The notes beneath the pieces are model-generated. The model was not told where the DNA came from and made no database searches. It saw only the letters and a program-made list of their open reading frames with translations. From Thraustochytrium aureum (Eukaryota): DNA of 59,637 nucleotides. The stretch is from positions 2,508 to 62,144 of the forward strand of contig BLSG01000116.1 of the NCBI GenBank assembly GCA_012862495.1, read 5' to 3'. This document shows, piece after piece, positions 32,725 through 44,508 of this stretch. Within the stretch, counting starts at the first letter, position 1; each line of letters starts with the position of its first letter. The position numbers and the translations under genes were made by a program.

Positions 32725-33101
32725 NNNNNNNNNNNNNNNNNNNNNNNNNNNNNNNNNNNNNNNNNNNNNNNNNNNNNNNNNNNNNNNNNNNNNNNNNNNN
32801 NNNNNNNNNNNNNNNNNNNNNNNNNNNNNNNNNNNNNNNNNNNNNNNNNNNNNNNNNNNNNNNNNNNNNNNNNNNNNNNNNNNNNNNNNNNNNNNNNNNN
32901 NNNNNNNNNNNNNNNNNNNNNNNNNNNNNNNNNNNNNNNNNNNNNNNNNNNNNNNNNNNNNNNNNNNNNNNNNNNNNNNNNNNNNNNNNNNNNNNNNNNN
33001 NNNNNNNNNNNNNNNNNNNNNNNNNNNNNNNNNNNNNNNNNNNNNNNNNCAACTTGCTCGACACGGCCTGCCTTGCCGCGCAGCTCGACTCGCGCCGCGT
33101 C

Positions 33102-33102
<1 letters not shown>

Positions 33103-33140
<38 letters not shown>
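33103..33140. repeat. (CCTG)n microsatellite; similar tracts at about 27345-27400 and 46778-46811
   Basis: Read directly. Confidence 0.9.
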
Positions 33141-33142
<2 letters not shown>

Positions 33143-34331
33143 CCTGCGTGCTTTCGAGCGAGCGAGAGTGCCGTAAAGCGAGCGAGCGCGCGCGCGTGCG
33201 ACTTCCGTCCTTCCTGCGCTCCTCGGTGCCCTCCTCGGCGTCCTTCGTGCGCTGCTTCGGGCTCTGGGCCACGCCGAGCCACATGCATGCCCTCGGCCAG
33301 GAGCCACTTCGGCCCGCTCGTGGAGACGGTGGCGAACAAAACGACCTTCGCTAGTCCACCTGGACACCATCCAGGAAGAATCGTGTCCAGACGCAGAGGG
33401 CAACCTCGCTCGTCCTGGGCTTGCGAGCCGCAGGACCTGGCGAGCTGCAGGGCCTCTCGAATCGTCCTCGACCGCGAGCTGCAGGGCCTCCCGAGACGGT
33501 GGGTGCGAACTCGCAGGACAGCGCAACTGTGCTGGTCGCTGAAAGAATTCAGACTCTCCACGGAGTCTCTAGCTAGAGTCCAGAATTCAGAACAGAATTC
33601 AGTGCCCTTCGAAGAGCTCACCAGGGACCGAGTCGGTCCGTCGGTTGAGCAGGACGCGGCCATACTGAGAAGGAGGCTCGTCGAGAAGGGCGGGGGGTGA
33701 ACGGGGCGTCGATGCGACGGTCGAGAAAGAAAAAAAGTCCACTTTTTGGACCACATTTTGTTGCATTGTGTCGCTGACACGACATCAAGCTTGCTGACTT
33801 CGGAGCGATTCGGCCCGTCATCATCGGGTGGCGCCTTGCGTCCCGCTTCGTGGTGCGTTCGCCCTCCAGTGGCCCTCGTGGTTCAGGACAGTTCCGGCAC
33901 GAAATGTGTCGATGGATCTCGGAGCTCCCAACACCGAAGGCAATGTTTTGAAAGAAAATGACTCGCGAGAGCTGAACACATGGCGGGCGCGACGAGAACC
34001 TTCATCCACAGTGGAGCAGCGAGTACTCAGGAGCACTCTACTCAACCAGCATCGAGAGCGTCACTTCAGTTCGACCGGTCCCTGGACACGTCGTCGTCCT
34101 CGCGACGGCAGCAGCCGCGCCGTCCCAAGAGAGCACCGTACTGTCTACCAACCAAACCCTTTTACCACCAACGCCCGACTCCAGTCCGGACGACGTAAAG
34201 CGAACTGCGGCAACAAGGAGAAAGCGGCCAGACCACGATCTCCTGGCAACGCGCATCGGATGCGGCTCTTGCCTGCAGCGAGCTCAAGCACCGCAACGGC
34301 ATTGCAACAAGGCGCGAACACAGCAAGCACG

Positions 34332-37300
34332 ATGAACGGGCCGTCCAGCGAGCCGCACAGCATGGAGGCCGGGCCCGCGAACTGCCCTGAGGCTGACCAG
34401 AACGGGGCCACTGTGCTCCTCCAAGACGGCGTCACGCAATTTTATCGCAAGGTGCGCGACGTCGAGCCGGCCGCTGTCGGCCGTTTCCGCGACATTGCCA
34501 TCACGGTCCGCGACTTTGGATTCGCCGTCCAGGCGCCATCGCGCGCAGTCATCGAGACCATGCCACGAAACAAGTACACGCGCGGCGCGCGCTCTGCGCG
34601 CATCACGCAAAACGTTCTCGCGGGCGTCAACCTCCAGTTCAAGCCTGGTACCGTGTCGCTCATCCTGGGCCCGCCGGGCAGCGGCCGGTCCTCGCTCCTC
34701 AAGGCGCTTGCTGGCAGCTTGGAAGGCGGCACTACAAGCGGCGAGGTGCTCTACAACGGCCTCCCTGTCGAGGACGTCGACAGCCTGCGGACCGTGGCCC
34801 TGATCGACCCAGACAGACCATCACATCCCCGTTCTCACTGTTCGCGAAACCCTCGAGTTTGCCAGCGCTTGCCAAAGCGGGTGCCCACCAAACACCTCCC
34901 CGGAGGAGTACACGCGCATCGTGCAGCACAACGTCGACGTTACGCTGCGGCTCCTGGGGCTCGACTCTTGCGCCGACACGATCGTCGGGAACGCGGCGAT
35001 ACGCGGCGTGAGCGGCGGCCAGCGGCGCCGCGTGACGACGGCCGAGATTCTCGTCTCGGGCGTCTCGGTGGTCCTCGGGCGACGAGATATCCACAGGCCT
35101 GGACAGCTCGGCCACGCTCGACATTGTGCGCTCGCTCAGGTCGTGGGCGCGGGCAATGAGGGGCACAGTTGTGCTTGCACTGCTTCAGCCGCAGCCCGAG
35201 GTTGTTGGGCTGTTTGACCAAGTGGTTTGCCTCGACCAAGGCCAGGTGGTCTGTGCCGGGACAGTGGCCCAAGTGGACGCCCACTTCGCCTCCCTNNNNN
35301 NNNNNNNNNNNNNNNNNNNNNNNNNNNNNNNNNNNNNNNNNNNNNNNNNNNNNNNNNNNNNNNNNNNNNNNNNNNNNNNNNNNNNNNNNNNNNNNNNNNN
35401 NNNNNNNNNNNNNNNNNNNNNNNNNNNNNNNNNNNNNNNNNNNNNNNNNNNNNNNNNNNNNNNNNNNNNNNNNNNNNNNNNNNNNNNNNNNNNNGCCCTC
35501 GGCTTTCAGGCGGCCGCCGCGCAAGGACTTTGCCGACTTTGTCCAAGAGGTCACTGGCGCGGCCGGGGTGCGGTTCCACGTCGGCGTGTCGCCGACTGGG
35601 GCCAGGGTCAGCCCGCCAGCCGACGTGGCCGGGTTTCGCGCCTGCTTTGAGAGCACGGCGCTGTTCAAGAGCGCGAAGGCGTCCGTGGACTTTGCTGCGG
35701 ATCGCACGGCCGAAAGCGCGCAGCGCTCGGCGGACGCTGTGCGAATCTTGCGCCGACGAGGGCACCAGAGCAAGTTTGCCAACTCGTTTTCACGCTCGCT
35801 CAGCCTCCTCCTGGCCCGAGAGTGGGCGCTGGCAACGCGGGACCGCGCGACGCTGCTGTCGCTCTTCGGCGAGGCGCTCCTGGTGGGCCTCCTTATGGGC
35901 GGCATCTTCTTCGGGCTTGCCGGGGTGACCCACTACCAGACCCCGAGGTCGGGCATGGGCGCCTTGTTCTTCTGCTGTGCCATCCTGCAGCGGCAGGCCT
36001 GGCAGCAGATCCCCATCCTGATGCGAGCCAGGCCGACCTTTTACAAGCAGCGGAGGCGGGACTTTTTCCCCACCAGCGCGTTCATCGCGGCCTTCTCGCT
36101 GGTGCAAATCCCATTCAACGTGGCGGCCATGGCGCTCTTCTGCCCGATCGTTTACTTTATGGTCGGATTCGAGGCCACCGCGGCAGGGTTTGCCTTCTTC
36201 TTCCTCACCCTTGTGCTTCTGCAACATGCACTGCGGGCCTTGTTTTTGGCGGTGGCGGCCGCGGCCCGCACGGCATCGTCGGCCCAGTTCTCCTGCAGCA
36301 TCCTCGTCGTTTGCTTTCTGCTCTTCAGCGGGTACATCCTCACCAACAACCTGATCCCGCCGTACTGGATTTGGTTGTACTGGGTCAACCCGCTTGCGTT
36401 TGGTTTGCGCTCCCTCGCGCTCAACGAGTACACCAGCGACAAGTACAGCCCTGCGCAGAGCGACTTTGTCCTGAGTACCTACGGCCTCGCGGGCCAAAAC
36501 ACAGCGGGCTTTCTCTGGGCCGGGCCGGCGCTGCTCTTGGGCTACCTCGGGGCTTTCACCCTCGCGGCCTGGGCAATTCTTGACCGAGTGCGTCACGACG
36601 CCATCGTAGCGAGAGCCGCTATCGAGCAGCAAGGAACGGAACTGGAGAGCCGCCAAGACGGCCAAGTTCAATGCGAAGGCCACGATGGCGTCGCGCCTTC
36701 TGACCTCGACCTTGAGGTCGCCGCGGCCAAGCTCTCCCCGTATGGGGTCCCAAACCAGACCTTTGTTCCTGTCACGCTGGCCTTCAAGCAAGTCAGCTAC
36801 ACTGTGTTTCCCCGCAAGGGTCCCGCGGACGGCATCAAGCTGCTGCACTGTGTCAGCGGCGCGTTCCGTCCGGGTCGCATGACGGCGCTCATGGGAAGCT
36901 CTGGCGCCGGCAAAACAACGCTCATGGACGTCATCGCAGGCCGCAAGACCCAGGGCTCGATCGAGGGCGCCATCGCGATAAACGGCCACGCGGCTGCCCC
37001 GAGCGACTTTTCGCGCATCTCAGGGTACTGCGAGCAAATGGACATCCACAGCGCAGAGGCCACGGTCTACGAGGCCTTCCTGTTTTCGGCGGCTTTGCGG
37101 CAGCCCCAGAGCGTGCCCCACGCCGACAAGGTGCGCTTTGTGGAGGACGTGCTCGAGCTGATGGAGCTCGGTGCTCTGCGCGACAGGCTTATCGGCGAGA
37201 CCCCGCGCGACGGGCTGAGCGTTGAACAGCGCAAGCGCGTCACGATCGGTGTCGAGCTGTCCGCCAACCCGAGCGTGGTTTTCGCTGACGAGCCGACGAG

Positions 37301-38650
37301 TGGGTTGGACGCGCGCGCTGCCATGCTTGTCATGCGCGCGCTGAGACGCGTGGCTCTGGCCGACCGCACGGTGGTCGCGACCATCCACCAGCCCTCTGCC
37401 GCCATCTTTGAGATGTTTGACGACCTGTTGCTCCTGCAGAAGGGCGGGCACGTCATCTACAACGGCCCGCTAGGCCACGAGAGCTGCATGCTTCTCGACT
37501 ACTTTGGGCGCGCCGGGGCGGCGCCCATGGCCGAAGGGAAAACCCGGCCGACTACATGTTGACCGCGGTCGGCGCCGGCCTCGGCGCTGCGGCTGCGCCC
37601 GCGCCGGCAGAGCACCCGCATGAGGACTCGAGCGATGCTGAGGCGCCCACCAAGAGCAGCATGCGCGACTTTGCTGTCATTTTCCAAAACAGCGAGCAAT
37701 ACGGGGCGATCGAGCATGCGGTAGAGGCGGCCCTCCTCGAGGCGGGGGAGCGGCCCGCTGCGCTTGATGGGGCTCGCCGTGCCACTTCCCAGCTGTTTCA
37801 ACTGGGCTGGTGCGTCCGCAAAGCCTTCACAACCTACTACCGCAGCCCGCAGTACAACCTCAAGCGGCTCGTTACGCTGGTGGCGCTTGCTCTGCTCTTT
37901 GGCACCGCGTACCTGGGGAGCGGCCAGATGTTTCCAATCAACAACCAGTCCAAAGCGCGCTCCTTCGCGGCCCTGATCTACCTCTGCATGGACTTTGTGG
38001 GCATCCTGCTCTTCTGCGCCGTGCTGCCCATCACGTTCCGGGAGCGCACGGTGTACTACCGCGAGCGGTCTGCGAGCATGTACAGCTCTGGTGTGTACAT
38101 GGCGGCCATGTTCCTCGCAGAGTTGCCGTACTTGGTCGCCTCGGTGGGCCTGTTTGCGGCCATCATGTACTTTATGGTGGGTCTGCCTGCGACGTGGTTT
38201 GGCTACTTTTTCCTCGTCTTTTGGCTGTACGTCTCGCTGTGCACGTTCCTGGGCCAGCTCTTCGCTATCGCCGCCCCGCACGAGATAGTGGGCCAGGTTC
38301 TCGTGGGCCTCACCACGGTCGTCTTCAACCTGGCGAGCGGGTACCTGGTTTCGCGCGAGGACATGCCGGTCGCCTTGCAATGGGTGTACTGGATTTCCCC
38401 TTCGAGCTATGCGTTCAACGGGCTTGCGTCTACGCAGCTCGCGTACTGCCCGGCGCCGGGCGCGGACTTTGCGGGATGCAATTGGCTCGAGGACAAGAAC
38501 ATGACGCTTGCCGAGTATGCGGAGCAGACGTTTGCGCTTCGGACGGACATTATCTACAGTGTCGACATCCCCGTCTTGCTCGGCTTTTGGTGCCTCACTC
38601 TCGTGCTGTGCGGCCTCTCGCTCAAGTGGATCAACCACGACACGCGCTAA
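34332..38650 (+). CDS. Full-size PDR-type ABCG transporter, NBD-TMD-NBD-TMD (frameshifts at about 34809, 35078 and 37540; N gap 35296-35494; start uncertain)
   Basis: [122 protein letters not shown]. Confidence 0.95.
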
Positions 38651-38671
38651 GCAAGACTAATTGATTTTGAT

Positions 38672-38702
38672 TGAAACGAAAAGTGAAACGAAAAGTGAAA
38701 CG
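38672..38702. repeat. 12-bp tandem (TGAAACGAAAAG)x2.6 just 3' of the ABCG stop
   Basis: tgaaacgaaaag tgaaacgaaaag tgaaacg read directly. Confidence 0.8.
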
Positions 38703-38909
38703 CTTGCCTACTGTTTCGCTCCCGTCCCGCACGGGGCGCACCAGCGCGCTGCACCGGTTCACCAAAAACGAGATCTGGGGGCGCGCGTGAGGCTGGTCGC
38801 GAGACAATCGGCCAGTGCACGCTCGAAGCTGCGGTTGCCCTTCCGCCCGGATCGTGCCGAGCGCGCCGGGGCGACGAAGGTGCAGCGTTGCGCAGCGCGG
38901 CGCGGCGGG

Positions 38910-41450
38910 TCAGCATGGGAGCTTGTGGCTCTCGGGGCGAAACGGATTGCATTCAGACACGTAGTTGACAAAGTCGACGTTTCCGAGAAGCTTCGGGCCG
39001 ACGGCCCGAAGGTCCCCGGACGGCGTGGTCGTGTTGTAGATGGCGAGGCGCGGATAGAACCGGCGCATTCGCAGGATGTACATCGTGAACGTAGAGTATG
39101 AACTCCCGAGAAACTTGTGCGCGTAGGTGCAAATGAGCTGCTCGACCATCCCGAGGACGTCGCGGAACATTTGCGGCGGGAACTGCTGGATGTACGGAAT
39201 GAGGCGCCTCTGGTCCAGGTCCTTCCACGTCAGTATTTCAAAGCCCAGAGCTTGTATTGGGCTAAAGTAGTTGAAGTCCCTCTCGTCCGTCGCTACATAC
39301 AGCTTCTTGGTGACCGCAATCCAGGGCAGCATGCGCTGACCGTACACCTCTGCGTCGCGCACGACGTCGAGAAATCCAGACTCCTTCTTCTTGTCGCCCC
39401 GGCGGACGTGCAGCGCGTTGTACACGCCAAGGCGGTCGGCCAGGTCGATTGCGAGGTCCTTGAGCGGCCGCGTAAACGTGAGCGCATGGCGCACAGCCTT
39501 TGCGTAAGGAGACCACATGGACAGGTCGATGGTGCCCCACATGGTCTGGTTGGCGAAGAAGAGGAAGCGGCTGTCGTCCGTGCGGAAACGGCGGATGTCG
39601 GCCTCCCGCCAAATGTACTTGTTGAGCATCCTGCGAGCGTCACGCATGACCACGCGCCAGCCCCCCGTTTCGGAAGGCTCGACCTTGAGGCCCGTGGGCT
39701 CCGAAATGTGCTTGGAGCCGCCCATTTGGTTGACCCATTCAATCAGCGAGAGGTGCTCCGGGATGGTTACCACGTCAACCACGCTCGAGATCTCCGCAAA
39801 GTCGAAGATGCGCTGCATGCTGATCATGCGGTGGGCCGGGTGCAGGTTGTACCGAAAGTAAAAGTTGGTGTGCTGCGCCGCGGGAGGGATCACGCAAGTG
39901 CGGTTGGCCAGCAAGCAGATGGTGAGAGCCATTTCGAGCTGGATGCGCTGGTTGTTGATGCCCCCGCTCGGCTGGTAGACAAAATACCTTTTGCCGTCGC
40001 TCGGGTTGTCCACGAAATCGAGCGACTTGTTGTACGTGTCGAAGCGGCGGTCGTACCGCCCTTGAAGCGAAGACCGAGACTGGAGCGACAGGTGGACGCA
40101 CAAGCTGTGGTCGAGGGCGCGGTCAAAGGTCCAGGTGCAAAACGTGTGAAGCGTGCACTGCGTCCACTCGCTGCTCTCACAAATCTCGGCCTGAGACATC
40201 GGGCGGAAAAGGTGGCGCATCTTGGCTTCAAAGGTGAGTTTGGAGGGCACATCGGGCACTTTGCCGGCATACTCTGGAGCGGGTCGCACGCGGAGCAGGT
40301 TGTACTCGCGAAGGAGGCGCCGAGTTTCGCGTAATGCGTGCACGCGCTTGTAGCATGCAGTCCTGAGCGCGAACTCGCGGATGAGAGAGCAGTCCCGCCG
40401 CTTGTCCTCGAAAGGCTTGCAATTGAGCTCCTTAGCTGCTAATAGCTTGGCCTCTAGCTTGAGGTGCACCACGAGACCCGGTCGCCCGGACACCTTGGAG
40501 TAGATGGGCATGAGCTGCTCCCTGCCGACGCGGAGCCAGAGCGCGTGCTTTCCTGGCACCGTACCCGTTCCGATCACATAGTACCCGCGCTTTTCGGTGC
40601 GCACCACGAGCGCGTTTGCCGGCTGCGCCACCGACTTGACCACAGGCACAACGCGCTTGTAGACGGGCACTGTCTCTTGCATAACGCGGTAGAAAAACAG
40701 GATCTTGCCCACCCCCGCGAGCTTTAGCGTGTCTAGGTCGATCGGCTCTGGCTCGTACCGCTCGTCCCGCTTTAGGTACTCGAACGTCGTTGCAAGCGAG
40801 GTAAAGTCGGTAGAGTTCAAGTGGACGGTTGGCCGGTGCGCGTTTTCCCGGGCCTGGCGCTCCGACTCGCGGTCGAGGACAGCTATTCTCTTCTCTTCGT
40901 CCGCAAAGTGCGCGCCATCCCAGTCGCGATCTTCGTCACTGAGTGGCTCCTCGCCACGTTCAAACGCGGCGCCGTGCACCTCCTCCGCCGGCGTTGGTTC
41001 CTCTCGCGTCGCGGCCGGGGGCGCTGCTTCTGGCGCGCCGCGGGCCTCGATGAGTAGGTCCTCCTCTGCTTCGCTTGCGCTTCGGAGCCCGCTGCTGGTC
41101 TCCCCTCCAGCTTCTGCAGCCGCCGCAGCCTCGTCGGCGTCGCTCACGTCGTCGAGGTCAGCGTCGGCCGCGCGGGAGGCTCTTGCGCGCGTAGTTGCAT
41201 CGTTCCAGGCGCCTCTGGCCCGTCTGTTGGAATTCGGCGCTACGCCTTCCTCGGGCCACGGCGAGATCGAGCTCCAATCCCCGGAGGCGTCCATGGCCTC
41301 GGCGCTGATTCTGCCCTGCCCGAACGTGAGCGGAAGTCGATGAGCGCGCTCCAAGATGGCCTGGCCGGCTTCGCCCGGGACATAGATGTTCGGCCGCGCG
41401 TTCGGCACCACGACGCCGTGAATCGACACTTTGGTTCGTATGTACTCCAT
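38910..41450 (-). CDS. GDP-fucose protein O-fucosyltransferase-like (GT-B) protein; N-terminus probably continues into the gap
   Basis: YQPSGGINNQR...ANRTCVIPP, YNALHVRRGDK, LYVATDE, MVEQLICTYAHKFLGSSYSTFT..I.R.R. Confidence 0.88.
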   Translation of the reverse strand: MEYIRTKVSIHGVVVPNARPNIYVPGEAGQAILERAHRLPLTFGQGRISAEAMDASGDWSSISPWPEEGVAPNSNRRARGAWNDATTRARASRAADADLDDVSDADEAAAAAEAGGETSSGLRSASEAEEDLLIEARGAPEAAPPAATREEPTPAEEVHGAAFERGEEPLSDEDRDWDGAHFADEEKRIAVLDRESERQARENAHRPTVHLNSTDFTSLATTFEYLKRDERYEPEPIDLDTLKLAGVGKILFFYRVMQETVPVYKRVVPVVKSVAQPANALVVRTEKRGYYVIGTGTVPGKHALWLRVGREQLMPIYSKVSGRPGLVVHLKLEAKLLAAKELNCKPFEDKRRDCSLIREFALRTACYKRVHALRETRRLLREYNLLRVRPAPEYAGKVPDVPSKLTFEAKMRHLFRPMSQAEICESSEWTQCTLHTFCTWTFDRALDHSLCVHLSLQSRSSLQGRYDRRFDTYNKSLDFVDNPSDGKRYFVYQPSGGINNQRIQLEMALTICLLANRTCVIPPAAQHTNFYFRYNLHPAHRMISMQRIFDFAEISSVVDVVTIPEHLSLIEWVNQMGGSKHISEPTGLKVEPSETGGWRVVMRDARRMLNKYIWREADIRRFRTDDSRFLFFANQTMWGTIDLSMWSPYAKAVRHALTFTRPLKDLAIDLADRLGVYNALHVRRGDKKKESGFLDVVRDAEVYGQRMLPWIAVTKKLYVATDERDFNYFSPIQALGFEILTWKDLDQRRLIPYIQQFPPQMFRDVLGMVEQLICTYAHKFLGSSYSTFTMYILRMRRFYPRLAIYNTTTPSGDLRAVGPKLLGNVDFVNYVSECNPFRPESHKLPC

Positions 41451-42639
41451 GTAGCNNNNNNNNNNNNNNNNNNNNNNNNNNNNNNNNNNNNNNNNNNNNN
41501 NNNNNNNNNNNNNNNNNNNNNNNNNNNNNNNNNNNNNNNNNNNNNNNNNNNNNNNNNNNNNNNNNNNNNNNNNNNNNNNNNNNNNNNNNNNNNNNNNNNN
41601 NNNNNNNNNNNNNNNNNNNNNNNNNNNNNNNNNNNNNNNNNNNNNNNNNNNNNNNNNNNNNNNNNNNNNNNNNNNNNNNNNNNNNNNNNNNNNNNNNNNN
41701 NNNNNNNNNNNNNNNNNNNNNNNNNNNNNNNNNNNNNNNNNNNNNNNNNNNNNNNNNNNNNNNNNNNNNNNNNNNNNNNNNNNNNNNNNNNNNNNNNNNN
41801 NNNNNNNNNNNNNNNNNNNNNNNNNNNNNNNNNNNNNNNNNNNNNNNNNNNNNNNNNNNNNNNNNNNNNNNNNNNNNNNNNNNNNNNNNNNNNNNNNNNN
41901 NNNNNNNNNNNNNNNNNNNNNNNNNNNNNNNNNNNNNNNNNNNNNNNNNNNNNNNNNNNNNNNNNNNNNNNNNNNNNNNNNNNNNNNNNNNNNNNNNNNN
42001 NNNNNNNNNNNNNNNNNNNNNNNNNNNNNNNNNNNNNNNNNNNNNNNNNNNNNNNNNNNNNNNNNNNNNNNNNNNNNNNNNNNNNNNNNNNNNNNNNNNN
42101 NNNTGGAATGTGCTTGCCCCGTGGAACGAGGATTCGACTCACCATGGCTTTGCGCGCCACAGCGAGGTGATGAGAGATAGAAGGCCCTGCTCTTTCCGCT
42201 TCGACCTCGTCCAGCGACCTTGACTTCGTTTCATCTTCATGACTTCAGATGATCGCGAAGCTCTCTCTGGCTCGGAAATCAAGCAACTTGCGCCGCCGCC
42301 GCCGCCGCCGCCGCCCGGTGCGAGCTCGATTGTTGGTCGACCTGAAACCAGTAGACGAACAAAGGCCTCCTTCGCTACGATTAGAGAGAGCAAAGGGCCG
42401 TTCTCTGCCCAGCGAGCAAAACGAACAAGCAATGCACACCATCGGCCACCGTTGCATTTAGAGTGCAGGCAGCCAGAGCCAGAGCGCAGACAGCGACTGC
42501 GCTTGTGAGCTTCTCTCTCGCCCGCAGCGGACAGGTCCGAACGGGAGCCACGAGCGACGCCGAGGAGATCAGCAAGCGACGGCGAATCGCTGGCCCAGCT
42601 TGGACCAACATCGGCGCGCGCAGGCGGTTTCTGGGGGCC

Positions 42640-43894
42640 ATGGCCGCGCTTGCGTCGGATAACGTTTTGTGGACGCTGCCGCGTGCGGCGACACGGACGG
42701 CGTCAAGGCGCTGCTGGCGGACGAGTCGACGACGGCCAAGCAGGTGAACGCGATCGACAAGGATGGGAGGTCTGCCCTGCACTACTCGTGCTTGAACGAC
42801 GACGTCCCGCTGCTCAAGGTACTGCTCGCGGACAAGAGGGTCGACACCGAGCTGCGCACACCAAAGGGCGACACGTGCGTGCACATGGCAGCGCTGTACG
42901 CCTGCCTCGAGGTCCTCAAAGTCTTGTTCGCAGACGAGCGCATGATCAAGCTCATCAATTCGCAAAACCAGTGGGGCGAGACGCCGCTTCACCTCTGCGC
43001 CGGCAGCGGCGACAAAGGGGCCAGGAAGGCCGCGCGACTGTAAGTCCGGCTGGCTTGCTCTGCTGATCGCTGTGCTTTGCATCATGGAGGGGGGAGAAAG
43101 GGGCGCCCGCCCAATACCTGTGTGCTAACTCGCTTGCCTTGCCTTACAGCCTGCTCGACAACGGGGCCTCAATGCTCGTGGCGGACAATGGAACCGAGGC
43201 CCGCTCGACACGGCCCACGACAACGCAGAAAACCCCTTGGTCGCCGTCTTTGAAGAGTATCTTGCTACGCAAGGGCCCGAACTGCGCGCGGCAGTCGCCA
43301 AGGTCAGCGAGGCGCACACAAAGGACCAGTTAGACCGCCCCAAGATCGGCGCTTCCGAAAAGAAGGAGCACGCCAAGATCTTTGGGCAGCTCGGCAGCGC
43401 CCTGAAGGGCCTCAAGAAGGTGAGCATCACCGAGAAGCACATGTTCAACAAGACGGCAGGCCGCTTGGGGGTGACATGAGCGGGCAGTCGGACGCCAAGT
43501 CCCAAGGCAAGGTCCTCTCCAAGCTCATCGACTTCCCCGGCGACGTCGAGGAGTTAAAAAGCTCCTCAAGGACAGTGCGGTTAGCGCGGGCGGCCGCGAC
43601 GCGTACGGCCTGACCGCCTTGCACAAGTTTGCCTCTTGGAACAAGGTCGAGCTCATGGACCTCCTCTTCCCGCACCTCGCCAAAGAGGACATCAACGCGC
43701 AAGACCCAGAGGGCAAAACGGCGCTCCACTGGGCCTGCGAAATGGCAAGTGTGGCGGCCATTACCAAGCTAGTGAGCCACCCCGACGTGGACAAGGAGGT
43801 CAAAGACGCCAAAGGACGGACCCCGCTCGACATTGTCAACTCGGGGTCTGGCTCGATCGTGGACCGCGTCCGCAAGGCGCTGCTCGCGGAGTGA
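42640..43894 (+). CDS. Ankyrin-repeat protein with an internal WH2/thymosin-like motif (intron 43040-43149; several 1-nt frameshifts)
   Basis: AAACGDTDGVKALL, DGRSALHYSC, GDTCVHMAA, WGETPLHLCA, YGLTALHKFA, EGKTALHWAC, KGRTPLD. Frames join at about 42670, 43187, 43470 and 43560. Confidence 0.85.
43040..43149 (+). other. Spliceosomal intron in the ankyrin gene
   Basis: CT|GTAAGT...GCTAAC...TTACAG|C. Splicing gives AARLLLDNGA. Confidence 0.9.
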
Positions 43895-43994
43895 TCCCGG
43901 ATTTTTTTATAAAACAAACGATCATGCGTCTGTCTGCAGCGTCCCCAGCGCGGCGCTGGGCCTGGCGGACGTGGAGGCGCTGGCCGCCGTAGTC

Positions 43995-44260
43995 GCCGGC
44001 GCGCGCGCTTCAAGTGGAACGCGGTCGAGCGGGACAGAAAGAAGGAAAATGCTTCGGTTTTATACTTTTTGTCTTGTTTTCATGCCGGCGCGCGCGCTTC
44101 AAGTGGAGCACGGTCGAGCGGGACAGAAAGAAGGAAAACGCTTCGGTTTTATACTTTTTGTCTTGTTTTCATGCCGGCGCGCGCGCTTCAAGTGGAACAC
44201 GGTCGAGCGGGACAGAAAGAAGGAAAACGCTTCGGTTTTATACTTTTTGTCTTGTTTCAT
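43995..44260. repeat. Tandem minisatellite, 3 near-identical 89-bp units
   Basis: Units start at 43995, 44084 and 44173: GCCGGCGCGCGCGCTTCAAGTGGARCRCGGTCGAGCGGGACAGAAAGAAGGAAAAYGCTTCGGTTTTATACTTTTTGTCTTGTTTTCAT. Confidence 0.95.
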
Positions 44261-44508
44261 CTTGATCAAGATCAAGAAATGTTTCGAGCAACCATGCGCC
44301 ACACGTACGAACCGCCGTGCCCGTGCCGCCTTACGAGTACTCTGCGAGTATTGGCTGAATTTCAAAAGACAGGAAAGGTTTCCCTCGACTAAGGCCCGCG
44401 CACAGCGCTGATTCGCGGAAGCGTGCACAACCCTCCTCGGCCCCTTTCTGGCTTCGCTAGCGAGCTCAAAGAAAGAGCAAAACCCGGGCAGGCGCACGCC
44501 AGACGAAC

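Noticed and set aside
43995..44260. The 89-bp array as a CRISPR, tRNA or snRNA array
   Set aside because: There are no unique spacers and no cas genes. I see no cloverleaf or convincing A/B boxes, and ACTTTTTG is not a canonical Sm site.
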